Shown: positions 1 to 9,403 of the stretch, one piece after another
How positions within the stretch are numbered: the stretch's first letter is position 1
Layout of the letters: each line of letters starts with the position of its first letter
DNA from: Planctomycetota bacterium
Lineage (GTDB): Bacteria; Patescibacteriota; Patescibacteriia; Patescibacteriales; UBA12465
Assembly: GCA_025453315.1 (NCBI GenBank)
Contig: JALOQQ010000001.1
Span: forward strand, 1 to 34,988
Length of the DNA: 34,988 nt
Reading direction: 5' to 3'
Program-made: the position numbers and the translations under genes
Notes under the pieces: generated by a model
Seen by the model: only the letters and a program-made list of their open reading frames with translations
Told to the model about the DNA's origin: nothing
The model's database searches: none

Positions 1-444
1 AAAAATAATAAGTTTAGATCCATTTATTTAGCACAAGATATTTTTGAAAGACTATCTATCAGAAGAAAAAGCAAAGGCTTAATATTCTCAGATACCAATG
101 GTGACTATCTTAGTCGATTTACTTATCGAGATCGTTTGAATGCTTTGTGCCTTAAGGCAGGAATAAAAAGAATATCTTGGCACGCTCTTCGTCACTCTTT
201 TGCCTCTCAGTTAGCTACTAATGGAATATCCCTTAAAACCATTCAAGAACTATTAGGTCATTCGGACTTAAAAATGGTTCAACGCTATGCCCATTTAGAA
301 CCGATAACTTTAAGAGAGGCAATAAAGACATTAGAACCTAGAGTAAGTATAAATTTTGACTACCCGGTGACTACCGAGTCAGAAAAGTCATTAACTCCGT
401 CGAGAGTTGGAACCCCTGAAACGTCAAAAAACGCCCATAAATAA
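1..444 (+). CDS. Tyrosine recombinase / phage-type integrase, C-terminal catalytic part (5' end outside window)
   Basis: Frame 1 is open from base 1 to the TAA at 442-444. The translation contains ISWHALRHSFASQLATNG and LLGHSDLKMVQRYAHL, the HxxR...H...Y catalytic signature of tyrosine recombinases. The gene ends about 35 nt from the 3' end of a tRNA gene. Confidence 0.85.
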   Translation, partial: KNNKFRSIYLAQDIFERLSIRRKSKGLIFSDTNGDYLSRFTYRDRLNALCLKAGIKRISWHALRHSFASQLATNGISLKTIQELLGHSDLKMVQRYAHLEPITLREAIKTLEPRVSINFDYPVTTESEKSLTPSRVGTPETSKNAHK

Positions 445-479
445 CAAAAAAACAGACTTTCATCTGTATTTTGTATGGG

Positions 480-553
480 TGGGCGCACAAGGATTCGAAC
501 CCTGGACCCCTTCGGTGTAAACGAAGTGCTCTAACCAGCTGAGCTATGCGCCC
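480..553 (-). tRNA. tRNA-Val (anticodon TAC)
   Basis: The reverse complement reads GGGCGCATAGCTCAGCTGGTTAGAGCACTTCGTTTACACCGAAGGGGTCCAGGGTTCGAATCCTTGTGCGCCCA. Acceptor stem is GGGCGCA/TGCGCCC, anticodon stem CTTCG/CGAAG with loop TTTACAC, and a TTCGAAT T-loop. CCA is not encoded. Confidence 0.85.
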
Positions 554-586
554 TTATAGAAATTTGTAATTCTCTAATAAACTTTG

Positions 587-668
587 TGGGCGAAAGAGGA
601 CTTGAACCTCCACGGGTTTCCCCACAAGCACCTCAAGCTTGCGTGTATACCAATTTCACCATTCGCCC
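587..668 (-). tRNA. tRNA-Leu (anticodon GAG), long variable arm
   Basis: The reverse complement has acceptor GGGCGAA/TTCGCCC, a D-arm GTGAAATTGGTATACAC, and anticodon stem CAAGC/GCTTG with loop TTGAGGT. It also has an extra arm TGGGGAAACCCGT and a T-arm GGAGGTTCAAGTCCTCT. Confidence 0.8.
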
Positions 669-687
669 GCTAAGCTTGATAACAAGC

Positions 688-1032
688 TTATTTTTTTGCG
701 GTCTTAACGGTTTTCTCTTTCAATCTTTTCTTATAGTCTCTAACGTAATACAATTTTGCTCTTTTAACTTTAGCTTCTTTCTTTACTTCAATTTTAGTGA
801 TAGTTGGAAGATTAAGAGGAAATATTTTTTCTACGCCAATACCATCTGATACTTTACGTACAGTTATAGTAGCTCCTTTTTCTTTACCATGCTTTTTGGC
901 AATAATAAGACCTTCGTAGTATTGAACTCTTTCTTTTTCTTCTCCTTTAGAATTTAATTCTTTAATTTTTTGGTAGACTCTTACAGTCATGCCAGGCTTT
1001 AAATCAGCAATGTTTTCTTTGTTCTCGCTCAT
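688..1032 (-). CDS. rplS: 50S ribosomal protein L19
   Basis: The 114-aa translation shows the L19 pattern: LKPGMTVRV...YEGLIIAKK...TITVRKVSDGIGVEKIFPLNLPTITKIEV...KRAKLYYVRD. Confidence 0.95.
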   Translation of the reverse strand: MSENKENIADLKPGMTVRVYQKIKELNSKGEEKERVQYYEGLIIAKKHGKEKGATITVRKVSDGIGVEKIFPLNLPTITKIEVKKEAKVKRAKLYYVRDYKKRLKEKTVKTAKK

Positions 1033-1111
1033 ATAAGCTAAGAAACGAAACTGGTCATTTCGCTTATGTTGTTATTAATAATTTTTATACCAGTTTATAT
1101 TATAATTAAAA

Positions 1112-1693
1112 TTATCTCTTGTCAATGATTTGTTTAACGAATTGATATATTTTATTAAAAACTTGACGTTTGTTTAAATTACTGGTATCTAAAACAAAAT
1201 CATAGTGTTTTTTATTATATACATCAATATTAAAATATTTTTTATAACGTAATCTGTCGCTTTTATATCTTGTTTTTAAACTTTTTTGTATTTCTTCAAT
1301 GGTTTTTAGATTATTATCTTCATTTTTTCTTAAATTATTGTTTTTAGTATCTTTGGTTTCTTTTAAAATGCGTTTAGCACCCACCTCAGGAGAAACATCT
1401 AAATAGATTTTTAAAGAATGAGGGATAAAATACCACGAAGTTCGGCCTTCAATAATAAAATTATCCTCTTTTTTTCCTAATTCTTCCTGATATTTATCCA
1501 CTTCTAAGTCGGTGGTCGGATCGGTTTCGCCCAATTTATTATATTCGGCCAAGGTTAATCCTCTTTTTTTAGCAGCCTCTCTTCTTAAGCCACCCATATA
1601 ATAGCGGGGCCACTTCAAAGCCTCAGCCAACTGTTGAGCCAAAGTACTTTTACCTGAACCATGGGAACCGCTAATAGAAATAATCATAAACAA
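1112..1693 (-). CDS. P-loop nucleoside/nucleotide kinase, cytidylate kinase-like family
   Basis: An N-terminal Walker A (ISISGSHGSGKSTLAQQLAEAL), the 193-aa size and overall layout resemble archaeal-type CMP kinase-like proteins. Substrate is not determinable from sequence. Confidence 0.55.
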   Translation of the reverse strand: MFMIISISGSHGSGKSTLAQQLAEALKWPRYYMGGLRREAAKKRGLTLAEYNKLGETDPTTDLEVDKYQEELGKKEDNFIIEGRTSWYFIPHSLKIYLDVSPEVGAKRILKETKDTKNNNLRKNEDNNLKTIEEIQKSLKTRYKSDRLRYKKYFNIDVYNKKHYDFVLDTSNLNKRQVFNKIYQFVKQIIDKR

Positions 1694-1818
1694 AAATTAT
1701 CTTGTGATTAAATAAAATTTCAAAATAAAATTATATTTTTATAATAACATCGGGGCTTTTATAAATCAACAAATTAACTTATAATGGAGACAAGTCATTA
1801 TTTTTTTTATTTTGTTTT

Positions 1819-4530
1819 ATGTATTTGGAAAAACTAGAAATTCAAGGATTTAAATCTTTTGCCAATAAAAATAAATTAATTTTTCCCGGCCTAATTAGTG
1901 AATCTAGGCGTGGATTAACCGCTATTGTTGGTCCTAATGGTTCTGGCAAGTCTAATGTTGCTGATGCTATTCGTTGGGTTTTGGGTGAACAAAGTTTAAA
2001 AACTTTGCGTGGCAAAAAAAGCGAAGACGTTATTTTTTCTGGTTCGGATAATCGTTCGAAGATGAGTTTAGCTGAAGTTTCTTTGCATTTAAACAATGAA
2101 GAAGTTAAAAAAAATAATCGTCAGGAAAAAAATAAAATTAATTCCGAAGAAAACAACAATTCCGTCGAAGAGCAAACCTCTATTTTAGATTATTCGGAAA
2201 TAGTTTTAACTCGTCGTTTATACCGTGACGGTGAAAGTGAATATTTGTTAAATAATAATCGTGTTCGCTTAACTGATGTGCAGATGCTTTTGGCTAAAGC
2301 TAATTTTGGTCAACGTACTTACAGTGTTATTGGACAGGGCATGGTAGAAAATTTTTTAAATTCTAGTCCAGCTGATCGTAAAGATTTTTTTGATGAAGCA
2401 ACGGGTGTTAAGCAATATCAAATTAAGAGAGATTTTTCTTTAAATAAATTACAGAATAGTTACGAAAATTTAAATCAAGTTAGTATGTTATTAAACGAGA
2501 TCGAACCTCGTTTAAAAAGCTTAACCAGACAAATCGAAAAATTACATAAGCGTGATAGTTTGGAAAAAGATTTGAAAGAATTAGAGTTAAAATATTATGG
2601 AAAGCTTTGGCACGAATTAAATAATCGTTTGAAGCAGAACAATACTAAAATTTTAGAATTAGAAAAAACTCAATTAGAGAAGGGTAGAAAATTAGAAAAA
2701 ACCAATTCAGATTTGGAAATTATGCAACAGAAGGGTGATTTTCAAGAATTACAAAAATTACAGCAAGATCTAGCTATATTACAGGAAGAAAAAAATCGTT
2801 TAAATCGTCAGCTAGCTAAATTAGAGGCCGAATTAGAAATGAATTTAGAAGCTCATGGTCAATTTGATATTTCTTGGTTAAACGGTAAAAAGGAAGAATT
2901 GTCAGCTGAACTTTCTCTTTTACAGCAAGAAATTGCTAACAGCCCAGTTGCTAAAACGGACTCTGACTTGGAAAACAAATTACAAAAAATTAATATTGAA
3001 ATCGAAACCGCTCATTCAGAATTAAACAAATTAAATTCACAAGCCAAAACCTCTCTTTTAAATAAAGAAGAGGCTAGTAAAATAGTAACCAAATTTATTG
3101 TTGATTTGGAAGACATCTTAGTAGAGTTAGATTTTGAGAAAATGAAAAAATCTTTACAAGAATTAAAAGATAATTTTAAAAATAGTATTAAAGGTTTCGT
3201 AAGCGATGAGATTCCAGCTTTACAGTCTATTGAAGAAATTCAACGTCAGATAATTTCTTTAAGCGAAACCAAGCAGAAAATTTTAAATGATATTAATGAG
3301 GAAAAATTACAGAATTCTTCTAAGGTTGAACGTCTACGTCTCATTACGGAAAAGAAAAAACAAATTGAGCAAGAATTTTTAAGTGTCCAAGAAAAACTTT
3401 CTCGCAGTCAAATCAAGTTTGATGCTAGTGAAATTACTAAAAAACAGGAAGAAATAAAAAATAGCGTTGCTGTTCAAGATCAAGAAATTGCTAAAGTTAA
3501 TGCGGTTTTAAGTGAAATTAGTCAAAAGAAAGAAGAAGAGAAAAAAGCAATGTTTAATTTACAAAAAGCGGCTCATGAATTGCAAAATGAAATTAATATT
3601 TTAATAGGCAGTTTAAATGATTTGCGCATTAATTCAGCCAAAGAAGAAACTAGGCTGGAAGATTTAGAAGCCAACATTAGAGTTAGTCGAGTTGAATTAA
3701 AAGAAATTCAAAATTATCAAGAAAATATTGAAGAAAATTTTATTTCCGACCAAGCTTTAAACAAAATTAACAGTTTAAAAAATCAATTAGAACTTATTGG
3801 TGGTATTGATCCGGAAACTGAAAAAGAATATACCGAAACCAAAACTCGTTTTGATTTCCTCTCAGGACAAGTAAATGATTTAAATCAGGCCATTAATTCT
3901 CTGGAAAAAATTATTACCGAGTTGGATGGCGTTATAAAAGAACGTTTCGATAAAGAATTTAGGGTCATCTCTGAAAAATTTAATGAATATTTTAAAATTC
4001 TTTTTAATGGCGGTTCGGCTAAGATAGAAAAATTAATCGAGGCTGAAGAAGAAAAAACTGATATAAGCCAAGGAGATAATAAAAATGAGATCATATCTAA
4101 AGAAACAAATTCTAAAGTCATTGAGGATGTTACTAAACAAAGAATTAAATTATTAAAAAAAGGAGGCACTACTGGACTAGCTGGTATTGATATTGCCGCC
4201 ACCCCTCCTGGAAAAAAGATTCAATCGGTGGCTATGCTTTCTGGTGGAGAAAGAGCTTTGACTGCCATTGCTTTAATTTGTGCTATTATTAGTGCCAATC
4301 CTTCTCCCTTCGTTGTATTGGATGAAGTTGATGCCGCTTTAGATGAAGCTAATTCTGAACGTCTAGCTAAAATTTTAGATAACCTTTCTAATCGTACTCA
4401 GTTTATTGTTATTACTCATAATCGTGCTTCTATGAAAAGAGCTAGTGTTTTATATGGTGTAACTATGCAAGCGGATGGTGTGAGTCAGATTCTTAGCGTC
4501 AAACTTGAAGAAGTAAAAACTGGACGTTAG
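1819..4530 (+). CDS. smc: SMC chromosome condensation/segregation ATPase, short form (903 aa)
   Basis: The N-terminal head has FKSF, Walker A GPNGSGKSN and the VIGQGMVENFL Q-loop region. The C-terminal head has the LSGGERALTAIAL signature, Walker B FVVLDEVDAALD and VITHNRASM. The heads are separated by a long heptad-like Glu/Lys/Leu/Gln-rich region. Confidence 0.9.
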   Translation: MYLEKLEIQGFKSFANKNKLIFPGLISESRRGLTAIVGPNGSGKSNVADAIRWVLGEQSLKTLRGKKSEDVIFSGSDNRSKMSLAEVSLHLNNEEVKKNNRQEKNKINSEENNNSVEEQTSILDYSEIVLTRRLYRDGESEYLLNNNRVRLTDVQMLLAKANFGQRTYSVIGQGMVENFLNSSPADRKDFFDEATGVKQYQIKRDFSLNKLQNSYENLNQVSMLLNEIEPRLKSLTRQIEKLHKRDSLEKDLKELELKYYGKLWHELNNRLKQNNTKILELEKTQLEKGRKLEKTNSDLEIMQQKGDFQELQKLQQDLAILQEEKNRLNRQLAKLEAELEMNLEAHGQFDISWLNGKKEELSAELSLLQQEIANSPVAKTDSDLENKLQKINIEIETAHSELNKLNSQAKTSLLNKEEASKIVTKFIVDLEDILVELDFEKMKKSLQELKDNFKNSIKGFVSDEIPALQSIEEIQRQIISLSETKQKILNDINEEKLQNSSKVERLRLITEKKKQIEQEFLSVQEKLSRSQIKFDASEITKKQEEIKNSVAVQDQEIAKVNAVLSEISQKKEEEKKAMFNLQKAAHELQNEINILIGSLNDLRINSAKEETRLEDLEANIRVSRVELKEIQNYQENIEENFISDQALNKINSLKNQLELIGGIDPETEKEYTETKTRFDFLSGQVNDLNQAINSLEKIITELDGVIKERFDKEFRVISEKFNEYFKILFNGGSAKIEKLIEAEEEKTDISQGDNKNEIISKETNSKVIEDVTKQRIKLLKKGGTTGLAGIDIAATPPGKKIQSVAMLSGGERALTAIALICAIISANPSPFVVLDEVDAALDEANSERLAKILDNLSNRTQFIVITHNRASMKRASVLYGVTMQADGVSQILSVKLEEVKTGR

Positions 4531-4556
4531 AAAAAATTTATTTTATTTTTGTTAAA

Positions 4557-4592
4557 CTAGCATCGTTAAATAAGGCGATGCTAGTTTTTTTT
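4557..4592 (+). terminator. Rho-independent terminator after smc
   Basis: A 9-bp stem ctagcatcg (4557-4565) / cgatgctag (4576-4584) is followed by an 8-T run. Confidence 0.7.
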
Positions 4593-4664
4593 GCGATTTG
4601 GAAACTAAGTTTATTAATTAATCATACTTTATAGTTAGTATTAGTTAAATTTAAATTAATCTTT

Positions 4665-6227
4665 ATGTCTCAAAAGGTTTTTTCGACAGCCATCATGGGA
4701 TTAAGTGCAAAAATAGTAGAGGTAGAAGCGGATTTAGGTGGGGGTGATTTTGGTTCTTTTTCAGTGGTTGGTTTACCAGACATGGCCGTTTCCGAAGCCA
4801 AAGAAAGAGTGAGAAGCGCTTTACGTAATAGTGGTATCGATTTTCCTAAAAGAAAAGTGACTATTAATTTAGCTCCAGCAGATTTGCGCAAACATGGCCC
4901 TATTTATGATTTGGCTATAGCCGTTGCTATTATGTTGTTAATAGCGCCAAAAAATAATTTATTTTTTGACTCTATTTTTTTGGGTGAATTGTCTTTGAGT
5001 GGCGAAATAAAACCCATTCCCGGAGTTTTAGTTATTGCCGCCGAAATGCAAAAACTTGGTTTTAAAAAAATATTTTTACCGACTCGCAATGCTGGTGAAG
5101 CCAGTTTAATTAAAGGTTTAACCATATATCCTCTGAATAATTTAAACGAACTAAAAAATTATATTTTTAAAAATATTAGATTGTTAGAATATTCCTCGAC
5201 TTTTAGTGTTGAATGCCAACCAAATTTTTGGGGAGAAGAAAATAATTGGTCAGCTATTCAGGGGCAGGAACAAGCTAAGCGAGCACTAGAAATAGCCGCG
5301 GCCGGTTTACATCACGTTCTTTTTATTGGACCTCCAGGATCTGGTAAAACATTGCTTGCTAAGGCCTTTCCTTTACTTTTACCCAAACTATCTTTTTTTG
5401 AATCTTTGGAGTTAATTAAATTATATAGTGTTTCTAACTTAACTATTGATAATAATTTTTATTTTCAACGCCCTTTTCGTTCACCGCATCATACTGTTTC
5501 TAAGACCGCTTTAATTGGCGGTGGATCATTTCCTAAACCAGGAGAAATATCTTTAGCTCATCGAGGGGTTTTGTTCTTAGATGAATTTCCAGAATTCTCT
5601 CGAGATGTTTTAGAGGCCTTACGCCAACCATTAGAAGATGGTGAAATCTGTGTTAGTAGGACGGCTGGCAATTTTATTTTTCCTTGTCGTTTTTCTCTAC
5701 TAGCCGCCATGAATCCTTGTCCTTGTGGTTACTGGGGCGATCCAGAAAAGAAATGCCGTTGTAGTATGGGGCAAATTAATAAATACCGCCTAAAAATTTC
5801 TGGACCAATTTTAGATCGTTTTGATTTGTTTGTAGAAATTAATCGTCTAGCTCCCGAATCTTTATTAAATAGCTTTATTACTTCTAATAACAATTTAAAT
5901 GATAATTTGTCTTCTTTGCGAGCACGAATAGTTATTGCTAAACAAAAACAAAACGAACGTTTTTCAAAAAATGATCAAAATAATCAAATTTTTAATAATT
6001 CAGAAATGAAAACAAAAGAAATAAAAGATTTTCGTCTTCTTGATAAGGAAGCGTCCGAGTTATTAATTGCGGCGGCTAAAAGCTACCAGATGTCTAATCG
6101 TTCTTGCTTTAAGGTTATAAAAGTAGCCCGTACTATTGCCGATTTGTCTGGCGAAGAAATAAATACTTCTCATATTGCAGAGGCCCTACAGTATCGAGAA
6201 AACATAAAAATTTTCAATAATTTTTAA
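4665..6227 (+). CDS. comM: YifB/ComM family Mg-chelatase-like AAA+ ATPase
   Basis: An N-terminal Lon-protease-S16-like region (VEVEADLGGG...VVGLPD..V.EAKERV) is followed by an AAA+ core with Walker A GPPGSGKT and Walker B LFLDEFPEF. A Cys cluster CPCGYWGDPEKKCRC and a C-terminal helical domain complete the pattern. Confidence 0.9.
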   Translation: MSQKVFSTAIMGLSAKIVEVEADLGGGDFGSFSVVGLPDMAVSEAKERVRSALRNSGIDFPKRKVTINLAPADLRKHGPIYDLAIAVAIMLLIAPKNNLFFDSIFLGELSLSGEIKPIPGVLVIAAEMQKLGFKKIFLPTRNAGEASLIKGLTIYPLNNLNELKNYIFKNIRLLEYSSTFSVECQPNFWGEENNWSAIQGQEQAKRALEIAAAGLHHVLFIGPPGSGKTLLAKAFPLLLPKLSFFESLELIKLYSVSNLTIDNNFYFQRPFRSPHHTVSKTALIGGGSFPKPGEISLAHRGVLFLDEFPEFSRDVLEALRQPLEDGEICVSRTAGNFIFPCRFSLLAAMNPCPCGYWGDPEKKCRCSMGQINKYRLKISGPILDRFDLFVEINRLAPESLLNSFITSNNNLNDNLSSLRARIVIAKQKQNERFSKNDQNNQIFNNSEMKTKEIKDFRLLDKEASELLIAAAKSYQMSNRSCFKVIKVARTIADLSGEEINTSHIAEALQYRENIKIFNNF

Positions 6228-6339
6228 TGGGCTTTTTTCTAAAAAAGACGGGGCCATGTTATTAATAGCTACTATTTTGTTTTCCTTTATTTTTTGATAT
6301 AATTGAAACAACTATTACTGTAATAATTAAGATTAGTTT

Positions 6340-7713
6340 ATGAAAACAAAACTTATTACTTTGTTTCTAATTTTTTCCATCCTTCTTACCTCTGGTTTTG
6401 GTTGTAAAGGAGCTAGTAAGCAAGCTTTAGAGGCCATGAAACCAGTTACTATTACTTATTGGCGTGTTTTAGATGGTCCTGATGATTTCGCAGAAATTAT
6501 TCAAAAATATAACGCTATTCATCCCTTTATTAAAGTGGAATATCGCAAACTTCGTTTAAGTGAATACGAAGACGAGCTTTTAAATGCTTTTGCTGAGGAC
6601 AAGGGCCCAGATATTTTTTCTATTCATAATACTTGGATGGTTAAGTATAAAAATAAACTAGAGCCAATGCCAGCTAGCGTTACTTTAGTTTACCCAATAA
6701 CCAAAGGCACTCTTAAAAAGGAAGTTGTGCCAGAGCTCCGTACTACAGCCATGATGACTGTAAAAAAATTAAAAGATACTTTTGTGGATGTGGTTTATCG
6801 TGACGTGGTAATGGATAATAATATTTACGGCTTACCTTTATCAGTAGATACTTTAGCTTTGTATTATAATCGTGATTTATTTAACAATGCTGGTTTAACC
6901 GACATTCCATCTTATTGGAATAAAGGTTTCCAGCAAGCAGTTAAAAGATTAACTAAGCAAGACTTAAAACGTGGTATTATTCAATCGGGAATTTCTTTGG
7001 GTGGTAATAATAATATCGAACGTTTTAGTGATATTTTAGCAGTTTTAATGATGCAAAATGGTGCTACTATGATCAATGATGCTAATCAAGTAACTTTTAA
7101 TGCTCCTCCAGCCAATGCTACTAACGACGATTATATTCCGGGACTCGAGGCCTTACGTTTTTATACTGATTTTTCTAATTCTGCTAAAGAAGTTTATTGT
7201 TGGAATAATGAATTAGGAAATTCTTTAGAGATGTTTATGGGTGGAAGTTTGGCAATGATGCTTGGTTATTCTTATCATTTGCCTATTATTAAAGCTCGCG
7301 CCCCTAAACTTAATTTTTCCATTGTTAAATTGCCGCAAATTGAAGGTAGTCCGACACAAGTAAATTTTGCTAATTATTGGGTAGAGGTAGTGTCTAAAAA
7401 AAGCCAACACAAAAGCGAGGCTTGGGACTTTGTTCAATTTATTGCTAAAGAAGAAAATGTTAAAAGTTATTTAGATAAAACCAAAAAACCAACCGCCCTT
7501 ATTTCTTTAGTTGATAAACAAAAAGAAGACCCAGAAATTGGTGTTTTTGCTGATCAGGTTTTGACTGCTAAAAGTTGGTATCGTGGTAATAATGTTAAAG
7601 TAGCAGAAATGATTATGGGTGAATTAATTGACAATGTTGCTAAAACACCAGAAGCGATAGCAGATATTATTAATATTGCCGCTAATAAAGTGCAGCAAAC
7701 AGTTAGAGATTAG
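6340..7713 (+). CDS. Extracellular solute-binding lipoprotein (ABC-type, sugar-binding family 1 like)
   Basis: It has a signal peptide with lipobox LTSGFGC, a 457-aa size and sequence style typical of family-1 solute-binding proteins (ITYWR..., LPLSVDTLALYYNRDLF, ANYWVEVVSKKS). No permease or ATPase gene lies adjacent. Confidence 0.75.
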   Translation: MKTKLITLFLIFSILLTSGFGCKGASKQALEAMKPVTITYWRVLDGPDDFAEIIQKYNAIHPFIKVEYRKLRLSEYEDELLNAFAEDKGPDIFSIHNTWMVKYKNKLEPMPASVTLVYPITKGTLKKEVVPELRTTAMMTVKKLKDTFVDVVYRDVVMDNNIYGLPLSVDTLALYYNRDLFNNAGLTDIPSYWNKGFQQAVKRLTKQDLKRGIIQSGISLGGNNNIERFSDILAVLMMQNGATMINDANQVTFNAPPANATNDDYIPGLEALRFYTDFSNSAKEVYCWNNELGNSLEMFMGGSLAMMLGYSYHLPIIKARAPKLNFSIVKLPQIEGSPTQVNFANYWVEVVSKKSQHKSEAWDFVQFIAKEENVKSYLDKTKKPTALISLVDKQKEDPEIGVFADQVLTAKSWYRGNNVKVAEMIMGELIDNVAKTPEAIADIINIAANKVQQTVRD

Positions 7714-7728
7714 ACGGTATTTAATTAC

Positions 7729-8196
7729 ATGATTAAAAAAAATAAAAAAATTCTTATTTCACTTTTTAGTTTATTTTTGTTTTTATTCTTGTGCTATCAG
7801 CCACTTCCGGCTTTAGCTCAGAATGCCCCGGGAACATTAATGGACTATATTGGTGGTAGTTGTCAGAAAAGCGGTGATTGCGATCTAAATGATTTTGTTA
7901 GAGTGGGTATTTGGGTTACCCGTTGGATTTTGGGAATTGTTGGCTCTCTTACTTTATTAATGTTTGTTTACGGCGGTTTTCAAATGATGACCTCAGCTGG
8001 TCAAAGCGAAAAAATTGCTAGCGGTAAAAAAATCATTCTCAACGCTATTATTGGTTTAATTATTGTTTTTTCAGCTTATATGTTAGTAGATTGGATATTA
8101 AAGAATGTTCAAGCTACGGACGAAAAGGGACAAATTAATGCCATAAAAGGTAAGCCAAGCTGGAATCAATTGCCTGAAGGTACTGGTCAGAAATAA
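7729..8196 (+). CDS. VirB2/TrbC-like two-helix pilin family protein, diverged paralog (P0)
   Basis: The signal peptide ends PALAQ. The core LLMFVYGGFQMMTSAGQSEKIASGKKIILNAIIGLIIVFSAY aligns with the hYGGhxWMTAxGNE...AhIGLhIhhSAY core of the six genes at 15827-18596. Confidence 0.7.
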   Translation: MIKKNKKILISLFSLFLFLFLCYQPLPALAQNAPGTLMDYIGGSCQKSGDCDLNDFVRVGIWVTRWILGIVGSLTLLMFVYGGFQMMTSAGQSEKIASGKKIILNAIIGLIIVFSAYMLVDWILKNVQATDEKGQINAIKGKPSWNQLPEGTGQK

Positions 8197-8207
8197 TTGT
8201 TATTAAA

Positions 8208-8861
8208 ATGGATAAAAAACCCATACAAATTGAAATTGGCAATAATTTGAAAAAAATTAGAGAAGAACATCGGCTTGATATTGTAGATGTAGCCAAAACT
8301 CTTAAAATTAAACCAGAATTTCTTGAATCAATTGAAATTGGTGCTTGGCAAAAACTACCCTTTGGTTTTTATGGTCGTAGAATTAAAAAAGAATATCAGG
8401 CTTATCTCGGCTTTGATGAAGAGAAATTTAGAAAAGAAATTGGACACCATCAGGAAAAAGAGACTGGTGAAGCACAAGCAGATTTATTTTTCCGTTACAA
8501 GATAATTAAAGATAAAAAAATATTTTGGCCAGTTATTTTAAAAATTAGTATTTTAATTATTGCCGTACTGGGTTGTATTATTTATTTAATTTTTTATTTA
8601 AATAATATTTCTAAACCGCCTTTTTTAGAAATAACTGAACCAGCGAATGGCTTAATTACTAATAACCATGCTATTATAGTTAGTGGCCATACTGAACTAG
8701 AAGCTCAAATTCAAATTAATGGCGAATTGGTTTTAGGTGATAATAATGGTTTTTTTTCTAAAAATATTATTTTGCATCAGGGCATAAACAATATTACTAT
8801 TAGTGCCCAAAAGAAACACGGTCGAGCCCAGAGTATTAAGCGTTATATTTTAGTAGAGTAA
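8208..8861 (+). CDS. RodZ-like HTH membrane protein with extracytoplasmic Ig-like domain
   Basis: The N-terminal HTH (GNNLKKIREEHRLDIVDVAKTLKIKPEFLESIEIGAWQKLPFGFYGRRIKKEYQAYLG) matches the RodZ pattern. It has a single TM helix (ILKISILIIAVLGCIIYLIFYL) and a beta-rich C-terminal domain. Confidence 0.6.
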   Translation: MDKKPIQIEIGNNLKKIREEHRLDIVDVAKTLKIKPEFLESIEIGAWQKLPFGFYGRRIKKEYQAYLGFDEEKFRKEIGHHQEKETGEAQADLFFRYKIIKDKKIFWPVILKISILIIAVLGCIIYLIFYLNNISKPPFLEITEPANGLITNNHAIIVSGHTELEAQIQINGELVLGDNNGFFSKNIILHQGINNITISAQKKHGRAQSIKRYILVE

Positions 8862-8872
8862 TTATAATATTT

Positions 8873-9403
8873 ATGACAAACATTTTTCAGGTAACAGAGA
8901 TTATTAAAAAATTAGATTTAACTAGTGGTCAAAAATTGGCTGATTTTGGTTGTGGTCGTTTTGGTTTTTTTGTTAAACCAATTGCTCAGGCGCTTGGTAA
9001 AAAAGGAAAAGTATATGCTATTGATGTTATGAGGGATGTTATTGAAGAAATAGAGCATTTAATTCGTGTCGAAAATTTACCCCAAATAGAGCCTTTAAGA
9101 GCTAATATTGAAGAACATGTTAATATAGAGAATAACAGTGTTGATGCGGTAGTTATTATTAATACTTTATTCCAGTCAGAGAAAAGACTTGAAATTTTAC
9201 GAGAAGCTGTTAGAATCCTAAAGTCTGGCGGTAAATTATTAATTGTGGACTGGAGAAAACAAGATTCTCCTTATGGTCCCCCGGCAGAATTAAGAATTAA
9301 CTTTACTTCTTTGAAAGTAGCCGCTTTAAAGGCTGGTTTAGAACTGGAGGACGAGTTTTCAGCTGGCGGTTACCATCAAGGGGTGCTGTTCATAAAATTA
9401 TGA
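8873..9403 (+). CDS. Class I SAM-dependent methyltransferase
   Basis: It carries motif I LADFGCGRFG, an acidic post-I residue (VYAIDV) and the later motif LKSGGKLLIVDW. Its TGA stop overlaps the next ATG (ATGA). Confidence 0.75.
   Translation: MTNIFQVTEIIKKLDLTSGQKLADFGCGRFGFFVKPIAQALGKKGKVYAIDVMRDVIEEIEHLIRVENLPQIEPLRANIEEHVNIENNSVDAVVIINTLFQSEKRLEILREAVRILKSGGKLLIVDWRKQDSPYGPPAELRINFTSLKVAALKAGLELEDEFSAGGYHQGVLFIKL

Noticed and set aside
586-849. 87-aa + strand ORF from the track
   Set aside because: Its 5' part is the reverse complement of tRNA-Leu, and the rest is antisense to the well-supported rplS gene. Its composition is low-complexity Phe/Leu-rich, typical of antisense frames in AT-rich DNA.
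1033-1111. Possible ribosomal-protein L19 leader structure upstream of rplS (small hairpin cgaaa/tttcg around 1044-1060)
   Set aside because: It has only a 5-6 bp stem in AT-rich sequence. I cannot match it to the known L19 leader consensus from memory, so it is too weak to report as a feature.
1842-5125. Antisense ORFs inside smc and comM (1842-2096, 3885-4202, 4670-4891, 4904-5125)
   Set aside because: They lie fully inside long ORFs with strong family signatures on the other strand, have no RBS and show no recognisable motifs.
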